A stretch of 64,000 bases of DNA from Amphiscolops sp. MND2022 (Eukaryota), in the NCBI GenBank assembly GCA_964187785.1, contig OZ076421.1, positions 8,122,001 through 8,186,000 on the forward strand, written 5' to 3'. The notes beneath the pieces are model-generated. The model was not told where the DNA came from. It saw only the letters and a list, made by a program, of their open reading frames with translations, and searched no databases. This document shows positions 1-11,257 of the stretch, one piece after another (position 1 is the first letter of the stretch; the number at the start of each line of letters is the position of its first letter). Both the position numbers and the translations under genes were made by a program.

Positions 1-3000
1 TGCCGTACTCGGTCTTGCTTCATTTTCATTCCCTTCGGTGACGTCATTTGCGTCTCGCGTAATTGTGCTGTCTCGGCTGGTGGCCGTTCCCGGCCTTCTT
101 GCGTTGTGATCAGCGTCTTCATCAATGACGTAATCACGAGTAGTAGTACTAGCGTCGTTGTCTATTTGTAATTCTTCATTCGTGTTATCGTCCCGTCTCG
201 GCCCGAAGACTTGGTAATCAAAGTCTGCTTCCCAAAAGATGGTATATAAATCATCTTGCGGAATGATTATTTCTTCATCTGGTTGCAATTTCTCTTTGGA
301 ATATTTGTCCTCTAAGGGTGTGTTTGGAACAAAATTTTTCAGACGAATCCGGTGTAATATCTGTGTTTTATTTGTATTTAACCGTCTAACAATGTAGTTG
401 TCATTAGGTAATACCTTTTCAATTCTGTAGGGACCGATCGAGCGGTACTCCCTAAAGGGTATTTTTGATCCTTGATTATCTGCTTTGGGTTGCAGAATAA
501 AGCAAAAATCTTGTTCACTAAGGGGAGCTGCCTTGGCCTTCCGGTCATAGTATTCCTTGTATTTCAAGTATGACTGCATGATATTTTGCTTCGTTTTGTC
601 AATGAGAATTTGTGTTCTCTGTTGTAATTCTTCCGCAAATTCCGTAGTAGGCAAGAAATCTTTATTAGGATTATTTCCAAGTTTATGATCTAGGACGTTG
701 TAGGGAATTCGTCCGTGGAAGACCTTACTTGGCTCACAACCAATACTGGAGTGGTAGGTGGTATTGTAATTGAGTACTGCCAGTGGTAGGTATTTATGCC
801 ATTGCCGGCGATATTCCCCTGAGGCCATCTTCAAATTAGTCTTTAAAGAGGCGTGTGTCCTCTCTAGTTTGCCGATTGTTTGCGGGTGTTTAGTCGTTGC
901 ACATCTTAGTGTAATTCCGAGAATTTCGGTTATTTCTGCGATAATTTTTGACGTGAAAGCAGTTCCTTTGTCAGTGATGATTGTTGTCGGCAGATATGTA
1001 TGTTTTGTCATGATGTCAATCAGAACTTTTGCTGTGTTTGAAGCGGTAGCTTCTACTAACGGGTAGGCAAACAGGTATCTTGAGAAAACATCTATCGCTG
1101 TCATCACGGTTTGGTAGCCTCCACTTGTTGGTAGATTTGGTAATAAATCAATTTGCATTGCATCCTCCGGTCCGAGGTCCCGTTCAGGCACGTTGAGCAA
1201 CTCAAGGGTGATTGTGTTGTTTGGAACACGTTTGTCCCTTGCACAAGTTTCACATCCCTCTACCCATTTTTTGACGTGTTTTGCTATACCTGGGTAATAG
1301 TATTTCTGACGAATTTCCTGTAGCATTTTTGATATGCCGGGATGCTTGTGCGCGGTGCCGTGCAATGCGTTTAAAAGTTCTTTCAATAGGTGTTTTGGTA
1401 AGAGAATTTGGTGGTGTTTGATTTGTCCAGTTTCATCATAGTACTGTCGCGTGACTATTTCGTCTTTAAGGACTATTCGGTCCAAATTGTTGAGATAGTG
1501 TTTGTATCGAATGTCCTGTTGGAGAATTTCTTCAGAATATTCTTCGTTCTGTATTTTTGCTTTGAGTTGTTGCAAAGTAGGTTCTTTAGACTGTTCGAGC
1601 AGTATTTGATTCGTTCGGCGCAACTTTTGTGTAAAGTTTGTAATTTCATCAACTATATTTTCAGTTATTGCGTCTATCTGGATTACGACCTCCTGGTCGG
1701 TTGGATTGGTACGGCTTTGTTTTTTGCGTTCCCAAATTTGGGCTTCTGTTTCACCATCATCCTCTGTGAAGAAAATTTGCTCCTCTTCTGATACGCCAGC
1801 TGATTGGACATTTACCTCAATGGGCCGTGTTTCCACATCTTCGCGGATTTTCAGGACTAATTTTTCTTTAGGATCCATTTCCATTCGAGATAAATAGTCC
1901 GCCGCGGTATTGTTTTTGCCAGGAATGTGGGCAATGATAAAATTGAATTGTAAAACGTAGTCACACGCGTTCCATAGCGCTGGAGGTATTATTTTCGTTT
2001 GGAAAAACCTCGTTACCGATTTGTTGTCCGTGAGGATGGTGGTCGGTTTGGGTGTTCCCCAGAATATGTGTCCAAATTCTTTGAATGCATAATATATAGC
2101 TAAGAATTCTTTGGCGTATATGGACATTTTGAGTTGTGATGGGGTGAACGTCTTTGATCCATATGCTATTGGAGCATACGATTTTTTGACAGAAGTGAAT
2201 TTTTGATTTGGGTCGTCTTCGGTAAGTATCGCGTAGCCTGCCGCTGTAAAGCTAGCATCTGTCATCAGGACTAGCTGTTTGTTTGGGAGAGGTTGCTTCA
2301 GGGCCAATTGGCTACATTTGTCAAGATCTCGATTAATTTCGTTGAATTGTTGTACTAGCTCCGTGGTCACGAGTACCTTCTCGTCCTTTTTGAGGAGTTG
2401 GAAGAAGGGGGCTAGTTTCTCAGATAATCTTGGTATATAGTTCCTGTAATAGTTGAGGAAACCAAGGTATCTCTGCAGGGCCTTTTTGGATTTGGGGAAT
2501 TTGGTCTTTTCCAGAAAGGTTGTTATTTGTTCCTTTTGTGGTTTGACTCCTTCGGGAGTAATTGTTCTTCCTAGGAAGTCAATTTCTGTCGCCCCAAAAT
2601 GGCATTTGTGCATTGTTAGCTTAAGGCCTGCGTGTCTGATACATTCGAACGTTGCTTTCAAATTTTTGATGAGATGATCGGCGTCGTTGGCAGCTATGCC
2701 GATGTCATCGACATATTGGGCACATTGATCTGCTTTAAAAACTTTATCAAGGTATTCTCGCATAAAGCTTGAAAATGCTGATAATGCTCTACTAAGGCCC
2801 TGGGCAAGTCTTCTGTAGGCGAAAGTGCGGCTCGCAAAGTTGAACGCAAGCATCTCGATGGACCTTTGGTCCGCCATTGGAAGGCAATGGTACGCCTGTG
2901 AACAGTCAAGTTTACAGAATATTTTTTTTCCTGCCATATGCTGTGCGGCGTCCGTCAATGTGCTAACTGGATGATTGTTGTTTATGTAGTCGTCCGAAAT

Positions 3001-4452
3001 AAGGTTATTGATTTTCCTTAGGTCGACCAAAAGTCTCAGTTTCCCATTCGGCTTCTTCTGTGCGAATATGGGACTGGCATATTTAGAAAATGGCAGTGTA
3101 GTTATGATGCCATATTTGTGTAAAAGGGCCAGTTCGACGAGGATGTCCTCTTTTAAGTTGACTGGGGTGGGTAGACTTTGGCTATATGCGGGCGAATCGT
3201 CCTTGGGGGTTAGTTTGACCGTGAATTCTTCATTCATTCCGATGTCAAATCTGTGTCTGGCGAATATATCATGGTATTCAACTAGGAGCGATTCAATCTT
3301 TTTAATTTCGTGCTGTTGTAGCATCGAGTCCTTCCAGTCAAAGTTGTTAAGAAATTTATGTCGTGACTCCTCATCGTTTTGAGGGTCCAGCTGTTCAGCT
3401 TCTTGTAGATTGCGTAATTCCTGGAGAATTCGTCGTTGGATGGGAGTGTGGGAATCTTCGTCCCCTGGATTCTCTGGGGTTGGAAACCAGTACTGTTCGT
3501 ATTGGTCATTGTTTCTGTTAGCCTTAAGTAGACTACTGACGTAATAGATCGCGTATTCTTCATTTTCGTTGAGAAGATGCCAAGTGGACACCGGGTCTAT
3601 TGGTTTAACGTGTTTCATCTGTTCCGGCGTTAGTACTGAAAAATTCGCTATGTGTAGTCCCTTTTTGAGCTTGTAAGGTTGGTCTGAGAAATTGTTAATA
3701 TGAACGCTGACGTTTCCATTAGTCAACGTGACTATTGCGGCGCAAAATGTGATGTCGCTCTCCTCGTGGAGAAGATCACTGGGTTGTAACACCCCTGTGA
3801 CCGAATTTTCATTATATATCTGAGATTTGATCTCTACTAGAGTACGGTCATTGGGTGGTATTGTAACATCGTCTGGGTTAAGTATAGGTTCCAAGACGTT
3901 TGAATATTTGTGGTCAGCCGTTTTAAGTTGCATAGAGAAATAGGGAAAGTTAAGGATGCCTTGTCGCATGTCCAGGACTGTGTGATTCCTTTGAAGGAAC
4001 ATTAGTCCTATAATGGGGCCGGTCAGTTTTTCCATCACTATAAAGATTTCGTGGAATTCAATGTCTCCAACTTCGAACTTGAGTTCAACAGTGCTCTTTG
4101 GGGTTTCTAATTGACCATTTGCGACCATGATTTGGAATGTTGGCGCAGGTCCCTCTTTGACTATGGATTGAGGCGCTAGTAAGCGTATTTTCCTGAGGTC
4201 TGCTTCTGGTATTGCACTTGACAGAGCTCCAGTGTCGATAAGTCCGTCTATGGTCAATTCCCCAAAGTCCATTGGGAAATATAGCATCCGTTTTTTGTAT
4301 TTAAGTCCGAGGTTCGTTGATAGGGGTATGTATGCCGGTTCTCCCTCTTTGTTTACAAGGACATGTATGGAGGCCGTCTCATCTAGGAGGCCGGATGCGG
4401 CCTGTGTCTCTATTGCATGAGGCTGATCATTGATTGCCTCAAAATTTGGTTG
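1..4452 (-). CDS. pol: E1 Pol (PR-RT-RH-IN), 1484 codons running off the left edge
   Basis: Manual translation gives LIDTGALSS, YASPIFAQKKPNGKLRLLVDLRKIN, AQYVDDIGI, LMTDAS, HGTAHKHPG...CETC, TDKGTAF. The ORF track lists no terminated ORF in this frame, consistent with no stop before position 1. Confidence 0.9.
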
Positions 4453-4875
4453 TCACAGTTCGATGAGTGCCCGGGACAGTGCGTTATCTAGAATCTCAGG
4501 ATCATCTTCATCGTCCGTAGGAGGGTAATCATCGTTTCGGAATTGTAAGTTCTGTTTGTCGTATATGTCATCGTCCCAGTACGGGTCTCTGCCGTACTCA
4601 GGGTCATAGTAGTGAGGGTTATAGTCTTCGACAGTTTGTAAGGGTCGGAATTGGGTTTCAGAGTCTTTCGTGTGGCTATTACGTCGGTATAAGTATGGGT
4701 GGTCACTATTTATGATATATTGAGTTTCAGTATATGCTTCCTCCATCTGCTGCTGCCAGACAGTCGATGGAGTCCCATTGATGTCATTTTGTGATTGCTT
4801 GTAGGTAATGTTAGCAGGGTCTGATATGACGTATTGTCGTATCGACATTCGGTCACATATTTGGAGTCGTGGCAA
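4453..4875 (-). CDS. E1 transframe ORF (Asp/Tyr-rich spacer) in the pol frame, -1 relative to gag, ending at a single TGA
   Basis: ORF track 140 aa. Same frame as pol; entered by a -1 shift at the gag end. Related sequence in E2 (DPDYGCDPY) and E3 (QYTVTDPSN). Confidence 0.75.
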   Translation of the reverse strand: MPRLQICDRMSIRQYVISDPANITYKQSQNDINGTPSTVWQQQMEEAYTETQYIINSDHPYLYRRNSHTKDSETQFRPLQTVEDYNPHYYDPEYGRDPYWDDDIYDKQNLQFRNDDYPPTDDEDDPEILDNALSRALIEL

Positions 4876-4877
4876 AA

Positions 4878-6629
4878 TTAGTTTTTTGAATCAGTCTTTT
4901 TCAAATTGGACTGGTTTGATGTGGATGTGGTGGGCTTTTCGTTTTTGGTACGAGTGCCTTCGTCCTCTGAGGGCTCCGTGTCTTTTGAGGAGTCCTGTCT
5001 ATTTCGTTTTGGACGAAGGTGGGCTCCAGCACCGCGCCAACATTTCTCTGCTGGATGATTGGTTTTGCTGCAGGTGGGACATTCTGGGTAAGTTTGGCGT
5101 TGAGGCTTCTTGCCATTCTTGGCCTCTGATTCTTTCTTCTTTTTCAGTTTTGGGCAATTCTTCCAGAAATGGTCTTCAGCCTTGCAGTATGAGCATTGGT
5201 TATTCTTGTTGGTGTCGATGCCATTGGATAGTAGATTTCGTGCTTTTCCTGACGATGAAGCCATTGTAGCTATTGGCAAGTCATCAGATTCTTCTAATGC
5301 GTTTAATTCGAGTTCTCTTTCTAAATGTGCCACAATCTCCTCGTAGGTCCCGTTTTCCAGTCGGGCCATATTCACCGATCTTTTGAGTTTTGGGGGTAAT
5401 TTAGCATATAAGAGGCTATCGATCATACTCTTGGCGTTCTCCCCGAAGGCTTTCTCGGCACCCTGATTGAGTTCTTCGAGAAAATCGGGTAGTTTCATCG
5501 TGTTGGGATCGAAAATGAGTCTGTGCCACTTGTGCTTGGCTGTGGCTTGGGACTCTGGTTTAACGTACTTGCGGCGAAAAATGACAAGTACGTCTTCCAA
5601 TGTTTGACGGTTTATAGAGTTTATATTTCGGAAGGTTTGCAGGGCCCCTTTTCTGAGCAATGAATGAAAATGATTTATTTTCATTTGTTCAGTCATAGCG
5701 GGTTGCATTTTTATCATTGTATGAAATAAATCTTCAAACAATTCGAATTTCTCTGTTTTGCCGTCAAATGTCATAGGGTTCGTCGTGACTGGTCGAATTG
5801 TCATCGACTGTGGTTTGTTCTGGAGATTTACCAGGACATCTGCCAATCGGTTGATGGGGTCTTGCGACAGTTGGGCTGTAACGGGCTCCGCCACTGGTAG
5901 GGTTGTGTCGAGGGTTGTATCATGCGCGGATTCTTGTCTCTGAAGGTCGGGCTGGGAGTAAATTCGTCCTGTGAGGAATTCAGGAATGTGCTGTTGGGGT
6001 TCGTTAGCTCCTGTCACCATGTAAGGAACAGGGTCCACATGGTCCCTCAGATCGCATGCAGACCTTGAGTCCTTCTTTGTTAATTTCGTATTTGAGCTTT
6101 TCCATACATTTCTCATTCCATCTTCATTTGAGGACATACACGGTCCAGCGCCAGGTTGACTCAAAGGCAAGTTTTCCACCATGTTCTGTATCTCAGGAAT
6201 AATCCTTTCACTTATGGCAGAGCTAATAGCGCTACTGATTTGTGATTGCATTAAATCCATCATTGTTTCCATTTCACGAGACATTCTAGCATTCATTTCT
6301 CCAGACAACATATTAATTGATTCTATTAGTCTACTTTCTCTAACTGGTTCGTTTCTGTTATCAATATCTCTAATCTCATTTTCTTGAGATGAATTTTCCC
6401 TGTTAGGAAATGACCTGAAGTCTTGCGGCCCTTCAGGGACATTAATGAGACTATCTAGCTCTCTTTCTATAGAGTTAGAATTACCTTCGCCTAGCATCAC
6501 GTCCATGTTACCGTAGTCGGACAACATGTCTAACTCTCTCGACCTCCTGTCTTTAGCCTTTTGTTTTCTTGTAGACGGCATTGAAAATATCTTTCCAGGA
6601 GAAAATAAGTAAATTGTTCCTGTGGACAA
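4878..6629 (-). CDS. gag: E1 Gag, 583 aa
   Basis: FDGKTEKFELFEDLF capsid-like segment; zinc knuckles CSYCKAEDHFWKNC and CPTCSKTNHPAEKC. Confidence 0.93.
   Translation of the reverse strand: MSTGTIYLFSPGKIFSMPSTRKQKAKDRRSRELDMLSDYGNMDVMLGEGNSNSIERELDSLINVPEGPQDFRSFPNRENSSQENEIRDIDNRNEPVRESRLIESINMLSGEMNARMSREMETMMDLMQSQISSAISSAISERIIPEIQNMVENLPLSQPGAGPCMSSNEDGMRNVWKSSNTKLTKKDSRSACDLRDHVDPVPYMVTGANEPQQHIPEFLTGRIYSQPDLQRQESAHDTTLDTTLPVAEPVTAQLSQDPINRLADVLVNLQNKPQSMTIRPVTTNPMTFDGKTEKFELFEDLFHTMIKMQPAMTEQMKINHFHSLLRKGALQTFRNINSINRQTLEDVLVIFRRKYVKPESQATAKHKWHRLIFDPNTMKLPDFLEELNQGAEKAFGENAKSMIDSLLYAKLPPKLKRSVNMARLENGTYEEIVAHLERELELNALEESDDLPIATMASSSGKARNLLSNGIDTNKNNQCSYCKAEDHFWKNCPKLKKKKESEAKNGKKPQRQTYPECPTCSKTNHPAEKCWRGAGAHLRPKRNRQDSSKDTEPSEDEGTRTKNEKPTTSTSNQSNLKKTDSKN
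4881..4887 (-). other. -1 ribosomal frameshift heptamer A_AAA_AAC
   Basis: TCA AAA AAC TAA at the gag end; a -1 shift enters the pol frame; same heptamer at the E2 gag end. Confidence 0.8.
6009..6019 (-). other. Primer binding site TGGTGACAGGA
   Basis: Follows ...TTACA directly; identical 11-mer follows the verified E2 5' LTR. Confidence 0.8.
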
Positions 6630-7514
6630 TGTTTGTTGGGTTTACAGTGAATCTTGTACTCTCAGTAAAAAATAACTGAATAACAACCGTATCGTATCAA
6701 TCATTGAAATTGTGGGCTAACTTGGGCATATATATACTCAAGACAGCATGACGTCCGCAATTCTGATGGTCATGCTGCTAAAAATAGCACACAGGCTAAA
6801 AATAGATACATCAGAACTATAAATAGCTACATGACGTCAGCGTGGACCTATATAGGCGGCTAAATCAAAGCGCCTAACAGGGCCACGTTGCATATAGGTC
6901 AAAATGTTCAGATATACAAATTCATGTAAGCAACAGTTTTACATGCAAAATGATTCATGGCGGTCCTACACGGTCTATTGTCGCGAGGAACCATTTAACC
7001 TCATATCATATTAAACAGGGGAAGTAACACTACATATTAACGTTTACATGAGGTTGAACACTCAGTAATACATAACACGTATTTCATTAACATATCAATA
7101 ATAACATCGATTTCATCATATTAACAAATGAGAATACTCATTTAGTCCGCTGGCCGCATAGGGCCTTATTTCTCTAGCAGTAGCACTAGCGACATTTGGA
7201 CAAGTAAGGCCGTTCAGCCATTAAGACAGCATCCGCTTTGTTCTATTTATTTAACAGCAACTCAGTATAGCAACAAAATGCAATTAGTCCGCTTAGGCCA
7301 AGTGACCGTGACGGTCCATTCTGATTAATAAGTGAATGCATTACTACAACTACAAATAAAACAAGATGAGCTATGATTGGCTAATATGCCGTGCGCGGCT
7401 ATGCTAGCTATACTTAACAGGCAAACATTTGAACTCGTTTCCTTTCTGCCTGTCAGTATAGCTTGCTGTCAAACATCAATCATATTACAAATAAAATACA
7501 TAAATTGGTTTACA
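6020..7514 (-). repeat. E1 5' LTR (about 1.5 kb)
   Basis: The PBS-proximal end is CA before TGG. The distal end is inferred from TGTAAACC and could be wrong. Confidence 0.6.
6729..6839 (-). promoter_or_regulatory. Putative LTR promoter: TATATATA (6729-6736) and CRE-like TGACGTCA (6832-6839)
   Basis: Motifs seen about 100-200 nt upstream of the gag ATGs; function inferred. Confidence 0.45.
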
Positions 7515-7680
7515 TGTGTTGCAAATATTAAATGAAATAATGTTCTCAAAGTTATTTATCCTTGTAGTTATAAAGGTAATGTTCCGGGTAGGGCAATTGG
7601 CAGACTGTGGTCTATGGTATAGAGGTTGCCATCGCAGGCGGCCGCCTGCGACAGATGGTTTGATGTTAAAGTTGAAGCCT

Positions 7681-7980
7681 GGACCAGGTACCGGTTAACT
7701 GATTAACCGGTTAATTGAATCCTAGTCGATTAAAAAGTTTCAACCAGTTAGTGCAAAACGAAAAAGTGAATTACAAATGAAAGCTACCAATGCTGGATCA
7801 AGTTTGTAAGCTTTCGGACATGTTTTGATTGAGTTGAAAATTCGCAAAAACTACTTTTTGCACTAAAAGTTCGATTGAATTTAGTTTAGCGATATATCGA
7901 AACCGATTAATGATACTGATAAATCGATTAACCAATTATTTTACACGATTAATCGATTAAGCCAGATTTTCAACTGGTCC
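7681..7980. mobile_element. MITE-like 300-bp element
   Basis: GGACCAG...CTGGTCC termini and subterminal CGATTAA/CGGTTAA palindromic repeats; no TSD found. Confidence 0.35.
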
Positions 7981-8006
7981 ATGGTCTATTTGAACTGCGA
8001 TCAACA

Positions 8007-8567
8007 ATGGATGTAGATTTATTTTCATCCGGGAAAATTCCTCACATTGCAATCTTACTGACCCTTTTACTGTTCACGTTTAGCGTTCATTTGGACTTGA
8101 CCAGACCCTTCTCGGCATACCCTAGTTTACCTAAACCCCTACCGACAGAGATTTCATCGTCCCAAGTTGTTTTTAGAATTAATACAACGTCACTTTTAGG
8201 AGATTCAAAAGGAGCAAATGACTTTCTATCTTTGTGCCACGATTTGATTCAGAATTCAGCAACAGATGAATCGGTAGACAAAGCCATCAACGTGAAAAAC
8301 CACCGATATAGTTATTCCTTACACCATCAGGGGTCAATCTCCAATTCCAATGATTCCTTGGGGTGTGAGAAATATTTCGGGTATCACGGGTATTTCAACA
8401 CGAGAAAGCCAATCAATGACCTGGAAGCAAACTTTTCCATAGCTTTTGGATTTCTCATTTATCATCAGATCGATCAATTCGAACAACTTTTGAGGGCCGT
8501 TTACAGTGCTCAAAACTATTACTGTATTCATGTGGATGATTCGCAACCGAAAGAATTTAAAAAGGCC
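8007..8567 (+). CDS. First coding exon of a beta-1,6-N-acetylglucosaminyltransferase (core-2/I-branching, GT14)
   Basis: N-terminal TM anchor; motif FSIAFGFLIYHQIDQFEQLLRAVYSAQNYYCIHVD; phase-0 GTAAGT donor at 8568. Confidence 0.88.
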
Positions 8568-8879
8568 GTAAGTGAAATTGATTTGTCAAAAATTAAGCTA
8601 GTTTCCTCTCATTACTAATGAAATACAGTGATGACGAAAGGTACAGTTGTCACTCGGCCCTTCAAGAAATAAAACGCGACTGATTTGCGGAGTTATATAA
8701 TTGTATCATTATGAAATTTTAGTCACCATTACATCAAAACTATAAAAGACATTTCACGTCATAAGAAAAAAAAAGCTGTTCAGTTTAACAGAAATACGCC
8801 AATCCAACTCTTCGCGCCATTATTTTTTTCTTTTCTAACTCTGAACTAGTCTAGAGCATGGCGCATATAAAAATAGAAA

Positions 8880-9959
8880 TAAATGATCATGAATGAGGAA
8901 CTGTACAATTTCGATTGCATTGAGACTAGTTGCCTATCATTGTACGGAATAGTAACGTCCTTACGGGTGCTGATATTTTCCATAAAGTTTGTGCATCTAC
9001 GATCCGCAGTTTTCAATTGCATTAAAAAAAAGAAGTTCAGGACATCCTGTCTCATGTCCAAGATAGTATTATTTCGTTGGAGGAATGAAAGCTCAATTAC
9101 CGGACTCGTGAGCTTTTCCTTCACTATAAATACTTCTGGAACTCTATGTAGCTGACCTCAAATTTAGTTCGACAGTGCTCTTTGGATTTTCCAGCTGCCA
9201 AAATCCGGCCCATGTAGTAGAGCTTACAGTTATCGATTAATGGAAGGGATCGTGTACTTGAAATTTCTTGCTGTAGTCTGCTTAACTTAGGGTCCAAGTG
9301 TTGTAAGTAAGTAAAAGTAGTCGTCATCTGCGGCTGATGATGATGTTCCTTTCAGTGATGAATAGTATTTTGTATAGTACACATTAGAAGGGTCAGTAAC
9401 TGTATACTGTCAGACTCGCAGTTTTTCATTTACAAGGAGTCGTGGCAAATCTAGGTTTTTGTGATCTTTTTGTTTGTTTACTATCTGAGTCACCGTGAAT
9501 GGTAGACTCATCATCAGTTTTCGAATCCTCTAGTTTGAGGTTTTTGGTCATGCGGTGAGCTCCTGCCAGGAGTGTGTGCCTTTCCAACGTCGTTCCGCCG
9601 GGTGAATTAGTTTGTCATAAGTGGGCCATTTTGGGTACTCGGGTTTGGTGCACTGCCCATCGTTGTGTTTGCTTTTCTCCTTTCGTTTCAGTTTACTACA
9701 GTCATCTTTGATATGCACCGGTTTATTGCAGTAATTGTAGGTGGTGCCTGGGTCAATACCAAAGAAAAAGAGACCAAAACCCGGACCTGGTGCTGTTAGG
9801 GCTGTGGACAATTTTTTGGACTGGAATGTCGTCACCTTCCTCAAGTCGATTAAACTCCAATTCACATTCTAAATGCGTAACAATCTCATCAAAAGTTACA
9901 TTTTCTAGCCTCGCCATATTGACTGAGCGTTTCAATTTCGGTAATAATTTGGCATAAAG
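8880..9959 (-). pseudogene. Old Gypsy E3: gag C-terminus and PR fragment
   Basis: KRSVNMARLEN..EIVTHLE and FLQRNNTILDMRQ align with E1 Gag and Pol; many disruptions. Confidence 0.85.
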
Positions 9960-10309
9960 TGAGCTGTTAAAGACTTGAGAGATCTGAGATCTCAGTTAGT
10001 TCTTTCATTTGTAGTCTTACGGAGGGAAGACATTTCAACAGATCAGATTCCAATTTCTCTTTTTTTCTGATTATATAACTTCAGTAATTTCATCAATGAT
10101 TACAGGGATTAAATATATTTCTAATCATTCTAAACTGACTATAGTAAAATTAAATAAAAATGATGTTATCACTTAATGTCAGCAATCTAATAGTGAAGTA
10201 TTAACCTCGAAATGAAGTGACATCTGTCTTATTATCTAGTTAGAGAAAGTGGGTGCCTAGGTTATAAAAAACTTTGAAAATACTTGAGGTCATGCATCAT
10301 GGCATCACA
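9960..10309 (-). repeat. E4 3' LTR
   Basis: Homologous to about 24565-24904 (shared gggaagacatttcaacagatcagattcca and gaggtcatgcatcatggcatca). Confidence 0.85.
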
Positions 10310-10686
10310 ATCAACCGGGAATTTTTGAAATTTGTAATTATATATCTGCCTTTTGGAAGTGAGGAGTTCCAAAGTTTTTGTTTCAGATGTTGTCTGCATG
10401 ATTTTTGTTCTGGAAGCGTATTTAAGGAGTCAGAACAACATGTGACGATTTGATGTTTTATGAGACTGACGGTTCAAATTGGTGGAAAAGTTTCAGTTTG
10501 GAATGACTAACAGTTTTTTTCGAGTTATTATTGACAGCTTGTTTTTTACTATTTGGTAATTTTTCGTATCTGCTATCGACTTGTTGAAAAATTTGATGTT
10601 CTTCAACGTGAATTGTTCGAGGTTGAAAACTTTTGAAGTTGAAGAATTATTCTCAACAGTTGGTCAATGAGTTATGAACAAACAAT

Positions 10687-11230
10687 GGCGCGTTTCGAAC
10701 AAAAAGTGAAGAAGTTTTGAAACGTCGACGTTTTAGTTCGAGTTCATTCTCATCAAAAGTCACTAGCGAAGAGGAAACAGGGAATTTGGTTTGCATTGGA
10801 AGTGTTTCAAACTTTAAAATTATTCATGTGTCAAAAATTTTAAGTAAAATTTTTTGGAGTTTTTCATGTACCAGAGGAGGTTTTTTGTACCTTGGGAAGA
10901 GTTTTTGTGATGAAAGAGCTTTTGTGATGATGAAAGAAAACAAATGTGACCAGAGACCAGATGAAGATGTTGACGATAGATGGATAAGTCCAGTTGACCA
11001 TTGGAATGTGACAAGCAGTTGACCAGTAGTGACGAGGAAGTGACGATTGGTTGAAGACTAGTGATGGGTTGAAGGCCAGTGACCAGGAAGTGACGATGGG
11101 TTGAAAACCAGTGACGATGCCGAAGAAGACAGAGATGTAGAGATTGCAACGAAGCAGTGAACTTTGATTGCATTTTTCATCTTGTTGGATTTCGATGAAA
11201 CAAGAGAAGAAAGTGAAAAAATGCAAGTGA
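10687..11230 (+). pseudogene. Decayed acidic ORF antisense to E4, with short internal tandem repeats
   Basis: ORF 10717-11022 plus a continuing acidic stretch (SDDGLKTSDDAEEDRD); repeated gtgacga/ggttgaa units. Confidence 0.3.
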
Positions 11231-11257
11231 AGAAGTGAGTATTTTTAGAACGTCTTT

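Larger units (their letters stand above)
1..7514 (-). mobile_element. Ty3/Gypsy LTR retrotransposon E1, apparently near intact; 3' end lies outside the window
   Basis: Order is 5' LTR, PBS, gag (2 CCHC), PR (LIDTGA), RT (YVDD), RNase H, integrase (HHCC, core), i.e. Gypsy order. The right boundary is inferred from TGTAA...TTACA termini; no second LTR or TSD is visible. Confidence 0.93.

Noticed and set aside
770-5943. Plus-strand ORFs over E1 (e.g. 1408-1791, 3008-3382, 4808-5269)
   Set aside because: Antisense shadows of gag and pol with no recognisable motifs.
7516-7698. 60-aa ORF upstream of the GT14 exon
   Set aside because: Short, TTG start, no motif or splice support.
10310-10330. Expected polypurine tract for E4
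   Set aside because: The sequence next to the 3' LTR is not purine-rich on the element strand; not called.
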